From an uncultured Methanosarcinales archaeon (GTDB lineage: Archaea > Nanobdellota > Nanobdellia > Woesearchaeales > ARS49): DNA of 64,000 nucleotides. A model generated the notes under the pieces. The model was not told the origin of the DNA. It searched no databases and saw nothing but the letters and a program-made list of their open reading frames with translations. Each line of letters opens with the position of its first letter. Positions within the stretch are counted from its first letter, which is position 1. Position numbers and translations under genes: made by a program. Location: contig CAYHOF010000003.1 in assembly GCA_964358315.1 (NCBI GenBank), positions 3,337 through 67,336 on the forward strand. The letters run 5' to 3'. Of this stretch, positions 18,994 through 26,212 are shown one piece after another.

Positions 18994-19589
18994 AACACAA
19001 TAAGCTTGCCGTTGGGGCCGGGATTGACCAGCCTTGCCTTGTTGAGCTTATCCTCTTTTTCCGCGTTCTCGTGGATGTGGCCTGAAAGGGCGAGCACCAC
19101 GTTGTGATTGTGCTTGATGAAGTTCGTGTACGACTTGTTGCCCACGTAGTCGCGATGCAGATGGTCGAGCTTGGTGCCATACGGCGGGCCGTGCGTGACG
19201 AGCACGACCCTCTCGGCCTTCTTTATTCTGGGCGCGACCTCTTTCACGTAATGATCGAAATGGCGGTCGACCTCGTCGAAACCACCGCCGCCCCAGCCCA
19301 CCACGAGCACGCCGTCGATGAGTTGCGGTCGTTTGTGGATGAACGTGATGTTGCCGCGGTGGCTGCACATCTTTGCCACCACCGCTTCTTCTTCGTGGTT
19401 GCCGTGGATGAGCAGCACCGGGACGGCGAGCTTTTGCAACCAGTCCATCATCTGGTCGATGTGCTGTTCGAACACCGTGAAGTCGCCTGCGCACAGCACG
19501 TAGTCAGGCGCCTCCTTCTTGATGGCTGCCTCGATCTTGCGCCTGGCGCCCACGCTCTCGTGCAGGTCAGCGAACGCGAGCAGTTTCAT
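18990..19589 (-). CDS. metallophosphoesterase (calcineurin-like, YfcE/MJ0936-type)
   Basis: Motifs FADLHES, CAGDFT, IHGNHEEE, VTHGPP and SGHIHEN. The stop overlaps the MFS start by 4 nt. Confidence 0.85.
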   Translation of the reverse strand: MKLLAFADLHESVGARRKIEAAIKKEAPDYVLCAGDFTVFEQHIDQMMDWLQKLAVPVLLIHGNHEEEAVVAKMCSHRGNITFIHKRPQLIDGVLVVGWGGGGFDEVDRHFDHYVKEVAPRIKKAERVVLVTHGPPYGTKLDHLHRDYVGNKSYTNFIKHNHNVVLALSGHIHENAEKEDKLNKARLVNPGPNGKLIVL

Positions 19590-19633
19590 GATGGAGACCG
19601 AGCCTGAGGGCGTTTATAAAGCTAGCGCAGCGC

Positions 19634-20509
19634 TTAGCGCGCGAAGGAGAGCGTGATGATCTTGGCGTACGTGGTGAAATTGCCGAGCACGAACGTCTCG
19701 ACAAGGGCGCCTATGACCACAACAGCAAGCGCCGCGACCAGCAGGACGATCACCCGGCGCATGATGTTACTGAAGGGCAGGCCGGTCAACCGTTCGCTCA
19801 CAAGCCCGTCCGAAAGCATGGTGCCGCTGACAGCCGCCAAGATGTAGGAAAGTATCTCTATCATCATGTGCGGCACAACGCTGAGCATGATGAGCAGGAA
19901 AATGATCGCGGGCGAGCCCTGGATCTGGGTCGCCGTGGTCTTTGCGAGCGTGCCGAAGATCGTGCCCCATACCGATGCGTTCCACGCGATGAAGAGGATG
20001 CTGCCATTGCCTGCCACGACCGAGATGGTGAAGCACAGTATGAGGACCAGGAAATTGTTGATGAGCAGGTCCCGGAACAGCGGTGTCGAGAACGCGATGG
20101 CCTGCCCGCTCGGTCCGGTGAGGACCTCCAATTGTTGTTTGAAGAGCACGTTGGTCGCGAGCTGGGGCAGTGCCAGCGCGAAGAACGCGAACACGAGGAA
20201 CATGCCCAGGAACGCGAAGACATAGATGAGGATGGCGGGTTTTGCTATCGTGTAGGTCGTGCGGACAAGGTCGAGCGTGGTTCGTGCCGTGGACCGTGCC
20301 TGGCGTTCGGTGCCGCCCATGAGTTCCGCGAGCGAGGGGATGAAGAGGATGCTGATGATGGCGACCGCGATGAGCGCAGGGTCCTGCGGGAAGGTGAAGA
20401 GCGCGATGGCGATGGCAAGCACGCTGTAGCCGACACCCAAGAAAAGAGCGAACCACGGCTGCCTGCGCAAGAAATCAACGCGGTAGATCTGCTCGAAGAC
20501 CATGGACAC
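19634..20509 (-). CDS. SpoIIM/DUF95-like integral membrane protein
   Basis: A multi-TM protein with the LINNFLVLILCF...VVAGNGSILFIAWNASVWG pattern I associate with the stage II sporulation protein M family. GTG start at 20509, first ATG at 20503. Confidence 0.6.
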   Translation of the reverse strand: MSMVFEQIYRVDFLRRQPWFALFLGVGYSVLAIAIALFTFPQDPALIAVAIISILFIPSLAELMGGTERQARSTARTTLDLVRTTYTIAKPAILIYVFAFLGMFLVFAFFALALPQLATNVLFKQQLEVLTGPSGQAIAFSTPLFRDLLINNFLVLILCFTISVVAGNGSILFIAWNASVWGTIFGTLAKTTATQIQGSPAIIFLLIMLSVVPHMMIEILSYILAAVSGTMLSDGLVSERLTGLPFSNIMRRVIVLLVAALAVVVIGALVETFVLGNFTTYAKIITLSFAR

Positions 20510-20567
20510 CTCTCAGACAACACCAGGATGTTGACGGTATATTAAGGTATTGTCGAAGGGTGCCGAC

Positions 20568-20618
20568 AAAGAACGAAACGGAAAAACAAGGAAAGAAAAG
20601 AAAAAAACAAGAAAAAAA
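20568..20618 (-). terminator. oligo-T archaeal terminator downstream of the Cys-rich protein gene
   Basis: Immediately after the stop at 20629 the minus-strand transcript is pyrimidine-rich, with two T7 runs plus T4 and T5 runs. Archaeal RNAP terminates at oligo-T. Confidence 0.55.
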
Positions 20619-20628
20619 GGATGGAATC

Positions 20629-21579
20629 TCAGGTCTGGTTGCCTGTCGAGTTGCTCTGGTTCGACGGCGGCGGGCTTACGCACTGATTGGCACTACAGGA
20701 CTGACCGACCGCGCATGTGCCGCACGTGTACGTGCCGCCACAACCATCTGAGACAGTGCCGCACTGTTTGCCTGAGCATGCGGTCGCTTGCGACGTGGGT
20801 GTGCATGAAGCCACGCACTGATTGGACGCACTACACGTCTGACCGCTTGCGCACGTGCCGCAACTGCTTACAGTACGCGCATTGCCACAGTTGTCCGTGC
20901 CAGACACACTGCCACATTGCTTCCCGGAACGCGAGCAGAATTGCGAGTCTGGCTCGGGAGTGCACGAAGGCGCACACCTTCCTGCAGTGCAGACATATCC
21001 TGCGCCGAAATTGCTGCTGCAATTATTGGACCGGATCGCCAGCGTGTCTCCGTTGCAATAGTACTCGTAGACCGCCACAGGATTCATACATGTGTCCCTC
21101 TGTTGTTGCTTGATCACGCCGGCACCGGCGCTACGGATGGTGACGTTTGTCGCGGCTGCTAAGTCCTGCACCGTCCCCTCGGTGAAGTCTGGGTCTGTGC
21201 AACGATCCGGTGACGCAGTGGCGACGCAAGCACCATTGCGGCATGTGTAGCCGGCGGCACATGGTTCTTCCACGACACCAGCATTGCCGTTGGGACCACA
21301 ATAATATTCCCATACCGCCGCATCGCTCTTGCAGACGTCAGTGAGAGCCTGTACGACATAGGGGCCTGAAGTCACTGTCACCTTGGATGTTGTCAACCGC
21401 TCACGAGGGCCGTGATCAGGGTCATCGCATCGTTGATCCCCTATCGCTTTGCCAGAAGTGCGTCCGCTCGTGCTGAAGTACAAGCCGACAATGATGATGA
21501 GAAGGACGATGCCCAACAGGACATAGTTGAGCTTCGTGTTTATCTTGCCAAGAACCTGATGGGTGCGCCGATTTACCAT
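20629..21579 (-). CDS. membrane-anchored secreted Cys-rich repeat protein (two repeat types)
   Basis: AAGGAGG RBS and an N-terminal TM anchor (YVLLGIVLLIIIVGLYF). There are two about 75-aa units (C-x-DPD ... EYYC ... GY-x-C-x-x-G-x-C) and then two about 45-aa 8-Cys units (FCSRSGKQCGSVSGTDNCG...CGTCASGQTCSASNQC). Confidence 0.7.
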   Translation of the reverse strand: MVNRRTHQVLGKINTKLNYVLLGIVLLIIIVGLYFSTSGRTSGKAIGDQRCDDPDHGPRERLTTSKVTVTSGPYVVQALTDVCKSDAAVWEYYCGPNGNAGVVEEPCAAGYTCRNGACVATASPDRCTDPDFTEGTVQDLAAATNVTIRSAGAGVIKQQQRDTCMNPVAVYEYYCNGDTLAIRSNNCSSNFGAGYVCTAGRCAPSCTPEPDSQFCSRSGKQCGSVSGTDNCGNARTVSSCGTCASGQTCSASNQCVASCTPTSQATACSGKQCGTVSDGCGGTYTCGTCAVGQSCSANQCVSPPPSNQSNSTGNQT

Positions 21580-21685
21580 GATGCCTCCTTTTATTTACTG
21601 CGAAAGGTGTCATCGCGACTATATAAACCCATCCTCAACACAATAACTGCCTGAATGGGTACTCTGTCGTGATGTGCAGGGCCGT

Positions 21686-22117
21686 TCACAAGTCGCTGAG
21701 CGCGACGCACGTGTTCTGGCTGCATGCTTGGTCTTTGCCGCACTCGCCGCACCCGCCAACAATGCGGCGCTTGCCGCAGTTGTCTTGTGCGTCGATGCTG
21801 CCGCATTCCTTGCCGAGGCGGGAGCACATGCGCGCGTTGGTCTCGGGCTTGCAGTAGTTAAGGCACCTGCCCTCCACGCATGTCTGGTTGGTGAGGCACA
21901 CGCCGCAGCTCGCGATAGAGCGGGTCGTGCCGCAATTGTCAAGGCCGCTCACGTTGCCGCATTCCCAATCGAGCCGGGAACAGAATTGGTCGTCGCTTTC
22001 GGCGGCGCACAACAGTGGCGCCACGGGTGGCGTGCTCGGGCGTTGGGACAACAGCAGAAGCACGACGCCCACGATCACGATGATGCCGAGAATGACGTAG
22101 TTTCTTCGCTGGTCCAC
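21686..22117 (-). CDS. membrane-anchored Cys-rich repeat protein, short paralog of 20629-21579
   Basis: GTG start at 22117 preceded by AAGAGG. The longer track ORF would run into the vWA gene. It has a TM anchor and then two copies of the FCSR...CG...DNCG...CG-x-C...Q-x-C...C unit. Confidence 0.65.
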   Translation of the reverse strand: MDQRRNYVILGIIVIVGVVLLLLSQRPSTPPVAPLLCAAESDDQFCSRLDWECGNVSGLDNCGTTRSIASCGVCLTNQTCVEGRCLNYCKPETNARMCSRLGKECGSIDAQDNCGKRRIVGGCGECGKDQACSQNTCVALSDL

Positions 22118-22172
22118 TGCACAAACCTCTTTATGGAAGGATAAAGCACGTTTCGCGTAATAAAGCTTGCGT

Positions 22173-23372
22173 TCAGGCGGTTGTCGCCGCGTAATCTTCG
22201 AGGATGAGCTGGTCGATCTCGTCCAGTTTTCGTGCAAGATAGAGGCGTCCGTCGCCCAGGCGCACCATTTCCAAAGCAAGGTCTTTGCCTTCTGCGTCGA
22301 GTTGGACGCCGATGATGGAGACCGTTATGCCTGCGCTGCGCGCCGCACTGACCGCCTGTAACGTGCGTTCGGTGGGTTCTTTGCCGACCGTCGGTAATGC
22401 GTCCGTGAGCATGACAAGGTGGCGGGTGGTGACGTTGCGGGGAAAAAGTTCGATGGCGCGCTCTATCATGCCGACGAAATCGGTCTCGCGACTGGCGCGC
22501 ACTTGCGCAATGCGTAGCAGCAGACGCCGGAAGTCCTGCGTGGGCTCGATCACGTCGCGCACTTCGCCGCCGAACACGATGAGCCCGACATTGTCTTTCT
22601 TCTGCACTGCCTTGTACGCGAGCGCGATGCCTGCCTTTTTTGCGACTTCGAGCTTGTCGCCGCGCATGCTGCCTGACGCATCGAGGCCGTAGATGAGCGC
22701 GATGCTGCCTTTGGCGATGCGCGGCGCGGAGCGCAAGTCTGGGAGGGTCACGTTCTTGTGGCCGCGTTTGAGCGCAGTATGGATGCTGGCACGTAACGAG
22801 AGGTCCTTGAATTTGTCGCCGCTGCGCCAGGGCCGCACGTCACCGTGCTCGCCGTAGGCAGCGTGCTGTTTGTGCACGCGCTCGCCCTGCGCGCCTTTGG
22901 GCTCGATGCGGTCCAACTCTTCGGTGTACATGACGAGCGACGCGAGCGCGAGCCCTTTGTCCGACACGGTCGCGTCCTCTTCGAGATAGCCTTCGTCTTT
23001 GAGGTGTTCGATGTTGCGCCCGATCGCGGCGCGCAATTCCTTGCGGAATTCAGGGATGCGCAGGTTGCGTTCGAGATAATTAGGGTCGTACCCCGTGGCC
23101 AACTTCAAGATGCGCTCACCGTACAGCTGCTTGGCCATGCGGTAGTTCTGCACGAGATTGGAGAACATCAGGTCGGGCGTGAACGCGCCAAGGCCGCGGT
23201 TGATCGCGTCCTGGATGATCTTGCCGTCTTCTATGGTCTTCTTGTCCCCTTCGAGGACAGAATGCATCAGCTTGTCTTCTTGGAGCTGTGTCGAGAGGCT
23301 GCCTTCCACTTCCTCGATGGGTTCGAGGTCGTGGCCTTGTGCGTCGAGGTCAAAGACCCTCACCACCGGCAT
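22173..23372 (-). CDS. vWA domain protein (ChlD-like partner of the upstream AAA+ ATPase)
   Basis: The C-terminal vWA domain has the MIDAS motif LIYGLDASGSMRG. The N-terminal about 200 aa are helical and unassigned. Its start overlaps the ATPase gene by 23 nt. Confidence 0.8.
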   Translation of the reverse strand: MPVVRVFDLDAQGHDLEPIEEVEGSLSTQLQEDKLMHSVLEGDKKTIEDGKIIQDAINRGLGAFTPDLMFSNLVQNYRMAKQLYGERILKLATGYDPNYLERNLRIPEFRKELRAAIGRNIEHLKDEGYLEEDATVSDKGLALASLVMYTEELDRIEPKGAQGERVHKQHAAYGEHGDVRPWRSGDKFKDLSLRASIHTALKRGHKNVTLPDLRSAPRIAKGSIALIYGLDASGSMRGDKLEVAKKAGIALAYKAVQKKDNVGLIVFGGEVRDVIEPTQDFRRLLLRIAQVRASRETDFVGMIERAIELFPRNVTTRHLVMLTDALPTVGKEPTERTLQAVSAARSAGITVSIIGVQLDAEGKDLALEMVRLGDGRLYLARKLDEIDQLILEDYAATTA

Positions 23373-24375
23373 CTTGGAAGGCGTCGCTATGCTCGGCGAA
23401 GCGCTTCCACCGCTCCCCGAGGAACTTCTCCGGGGTCTGCAGGTACTTGACGGCCGGGCGCAGTTCGATGCGGTGGCTCAAGACTGAGATGATGGCGTCC
23501 AGCACGTCCTGCGCTTCGACAGTGGTGCGGTTGCCGAGGTGCGCATTCGCCTGCGCGCGCTCGTAGAGCCCGAGCGATGCGCGCACGCTGGGCTTGCGCA
23601 TGACGTCCTTGTTGTCGCGCAGTTCGCGTATGAATTGCAGCGTCGCATCAAGCAATGCTGCAGGGAACACGACAGGGAGCTTCTCGCCTTTCTCGAGCAC
23701 GATCTCCTTCTCGATGTCGAGCGACTCAGGATACGTCATGTGGACGGTGTCAAAGCGATCCAGGAAGACGTCGCCCAGGCGTTCGGTCGCCGCGCTCTCT
23801 TCCGGGTTCATCGTGCCGATGAAGACGAAATTGGCAGGAAGGTCGACGGTGTAGCTGCCCAGCGTCGCCACGCCTTCTTCAAGCACTTGCAGGAGCGCGT
23901 TCTGGAGCTTCTCCGGGCACCGGTTGAGTTCGTCGAAGAACAGAACGCCTTCGTTGGCGCGGAAGATCTTGCCTGGCGAGAACGCCTCGATCGAGGAGGG
24001 CCCGAACTTGAGCGCGCGCTCCGGGTCGATGTCGCCGATGAGGTCCTCGACCGTGAGGTCAGGAGATCCTTGGATGCGCACGAAGCGATCCTCGCCTTTG
24101 ACCTGCTTGATCTTGGACGCTTTGGAGCGGCACGCGGGGCACAGCGGCCGCGCCGGGCTGCAATGGTAATCACATGCGTTGAGCGTGATGGTGGGCAGGA
24201 GCTGCGCGACGTTCTTGGCGAGCGTGGTCTTGCCGATGCCTGGCGGGCCGATGACGATGACGTGGCGTCCCATGAGCAATGCGCTCGCGAGCTGGCGCTT
24301 CGTGCGTGCCTGGCCCTTGATGCTGTCGAACACGTCGGGTGACGTGACGCTCTTGCGCAACTGGTCGATGATCAT
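23350..24375 (-). CDS. AAA+ ATPase of the ChlI/BchI-MoxR type
   Basis: Walker A VIGPPGIGKTT, Walker B VLFFDELNR, and sensor region FIGTMNPEE. There is a four-Cys insert, CDYHCSPARPLCPAC, after Walker A. Confidence 0.85.
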   Translation of the reverse strand: MIIDQLRKSVTSPDVFDSIKGQARTKRQLASALLMGRHVIVIGPPGIGKTTLAKNVAQLLPTITLNACDYHCSPARPLCPACRSKASKIKQVKGEDRFVRIQGSPDLTVEDLIGDIDPERALKFGPSSIEAFSPGKIFRANEGVLFFDELNRCPEKLQNALLQVLEEGVATLGSYTVDLPANFVFIGTMNPEESAATERLGDVFLDRFDTVHMTYPESLDIEKEIVLEKGEKLPVVFPAALLDATLQFIRELRDNKDVMRKPSVRASLGLYERAQANAHLGNRTTVEAQDVLDAIISVLSHRIELRPAVKYLQTPEKFLGERWKRFAEHSDAFQDAGGEGL

Positions 24376-24398
24376 TGTCGTGTCGCCGTCCTGATTCC

Positions 24399-24406
24399 TT
24401 AATAAA
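24399..24406 (-). promoter_or_regulatory. TATA box for the AAA+/vWA operon (leaderless spacing)
   Basis: TTTATTAA on the minus strand is centred about 27 nt upstream of the ATG at 24375. Confidence 0.45.
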
Positions 24407-24414
24407 GTTTCGTG

Positions 24415-26070
24415 CTAGGTATGGGAGTCGATGCCTTTCTTGCCTTCCCGGGCGATGGATACCAAGAGGACCAGGAGCGTGACGATCGCGGCACCGACGC
24501 CGGCGACCGAGAACACAGACACGCCGCCCACGAGCGGGTTGATGCGGATGACGAGCGCGCTGAAGACGAGCAGCGCGCTGATGACCATCGCATAGGACAA
24601 GCGGTTGCTCGACGCGTTCATGTCCGCGCCGAGGTGCCGGATGTCCGTGTCCTGGATGTCGACGTGCACCGTGCCGCGCTTGAAACGGTCCATGATGGCG
24701 AGCGCGTCCTCCGAGAATGTCGCGAGCGAGTCATGCGCCGAGCGCAGCCGGGACCGCACGCCTGCCGGGCTGAACGCCGCCCGCAACTCCTTTGCCTGTA
24801 TCTCCTTGAAGTGGCCCAGGCCGTACGCGACGAGGTTGAAGTCGGGATCGAGGACGCGGCAGGTCGCCTCGAGCGTGACGAGCGCCTTGCCCACGAGCAC
24901 GATCTCGGGCGGCACGCGGATGCCGTGCTGACGCGCGGCGCGGAACATGCGATGGAACATGTGCGTGGGAAGGCGGTGCTGCTCGTCCTCCCACTCGAGG
25001 AAGAGCTCGTGGATGTCGCGTCGCAGCCCTTCGATGTCGCCGTCCTTGTCGAGCGATGCGCGCTGCAGCGCCGTGGCTGCGGCTGCGCTGTCGTTGTGCG
25101 CGATGGCGACGTACATCTCGATGCCGCGCTTGCGCAGCTCAGGCGTCAATGCGCCGGTGATGCCGAAGTCGAGCAGCCCGACGCGGCCGCCTGGCAGCAC
25201 CATGACGTTGCCTGGATGCAGGTCGCCATGGAAGAACCCGTGCACGAACAGTTGGTCGAGCATGCCATCGACGAGTATCTTGACCGTCTTGTGACGGTCG
25301 ACATGGTGCGTGCCGAGATGCGAAAGCTTGATGCCATGCAGCTCCGACATGATGAGGACGCGCTGCGTGACGTCATGCACGTGCGGGACCACTATCGTCT
25401 TCGAACGCTGGAACATGTGCTCGAAGTGGCGCAGCGCGCTCGCCTCGTGCCGGAAGTCGAGTTCCCTGCGCGTGTAGCGCTCGAACTCCTCGACCACGGT
25501 GGCAGGCGAGTAGTCCTTGAGCACGTCGCGTCGCTCGAGTTCTTGCGCGGCGCGCCGCATGATATCGATGTCCTGCGCGAACACGTCGGCGGCGTCAGGA
25601 CGCTGCACTTTCACGACGACCGCACTGCCGCCGCGCAGCGTCGCGCGATGCACTTGCGCGATGGACGCGGATCCTATGGGCTCGTCGTCGAAGACGAGGA
25701 ATTGTTGCGTGATGAGCTTGCCCAGCTCGCGTTCGATGATGGCGCGCGCTTCCGCGGCCTCGAAGGGAGGGACGCGGTCTTGCAACGACTTGAACTCGTC
25801 CGCGAACTCGGGCGGCACGAGGTCAGGACGGATGCTGAGCAATTGCCCGAACTTGAGGAAGGCGCCGCCCAGCTCCTCGAAGGATCGACGGGCGAGCGAG
25901 GGCAGTTCGCTCACGCGTTGCGGCAGCGGCATCTTGCACACGCCCATCCTCTGGCAGAAGGGCAGGTCCGCGCGCATGCCGCCTGATTGTGCGATGTAGC
26001 CAAGCCCGTACTTGACGAGCACCCGCGTGATATGCGAGAGCCGCTTGACCTCAGAAATGACCCTGACCAT
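24415..26070 (-). CDS. ABC1/UbiB-family atypical protein kinase with C-terminal TM helices
   Basis: FADEFKSLQDRVPPF, PIGSASIAQVHRATL, GFFHGDLHPGNVMV and LLDFGI motifs, with two hydrophobic helices at the C-terminus. Confidence 0.9.
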   Translation of the reverse strand: MVRVISEVKRLSHITRVLVKYGLGYIAQSGGMRADLPFCQRMGVCKMPLPQRVSELPSLARRSFEELGGAFLKFGQLLSIRPDLVPPEFADEFKSLQDRVPPFEAAEARAIIERELGKLITQQFLVFDDEPIGSASIAQVHRATLRGGSAVVVKVQRPDAADVFAQDIDIMRRAAQELERRDVLKDYSPATVVEEFERYTRRELDFRHEASALRHFEHMFQRSKTIVVPHVHDVTQRVLIMSELHGIKLSHLGTHHVDRHKTVKILVDGMLDQLFVHGFFHGDLHPGNVMVLPGGRVGLLDFGITGALTPELRKRGIEMYVAIAHNDSAAAATALQRASLDKDGDIEGLRRDIHELFLEWEDEQHRLPTHMFHRMFRAARQHGIRVPPEIVLVGKALVTLEATCRVLDPDFNLVAYGLGHFKEIQAKELRAAFSPAGVRSRLRSAHDSLATFSEDALAIMDRFKRGTVHVDIQDTDIRHLGADMNASSNRLSYAMVISALLVFSALVIRINPLVGGVSVFSVAGVGAAIVTLLVLLVSIAREGKKGIDSHT

Positions 26071-26181
26071 CCACCACCTCTACGCACCATCCTGCGTTGG
26101 ACGGCTTAAATATGTTTCGCACGGTTCTCGTCGGAACAACGGTTGCAGGAGCGGACATGCTATTATAATATAGGCACAACC

Positions 26182-26189
26182 TTTTTAAA
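26182..26189 (+). promoter_or_regulatory. TATA box for the topoisomerase gene
   Basis: TTTTTAAA is centred about 27 nt upstream of the first ATG (26213). The track ORF start at 26201 is a GTG only 12 nt from the box. Confidence 0.5.
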
Positions 26190-26212
26190 GCTCCTGCTGC
26201 GTGCATGCCGCC

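Noticed and set aside
24412-25986. A 524-aa plus-strand ORF opposite the UbiB kinase gene.
   Set aside because: The minus-strand frame carries unambiguous ABC1 kinase motifs. The plus frame is Arg/Asp/His-rich antisense-type sequence.
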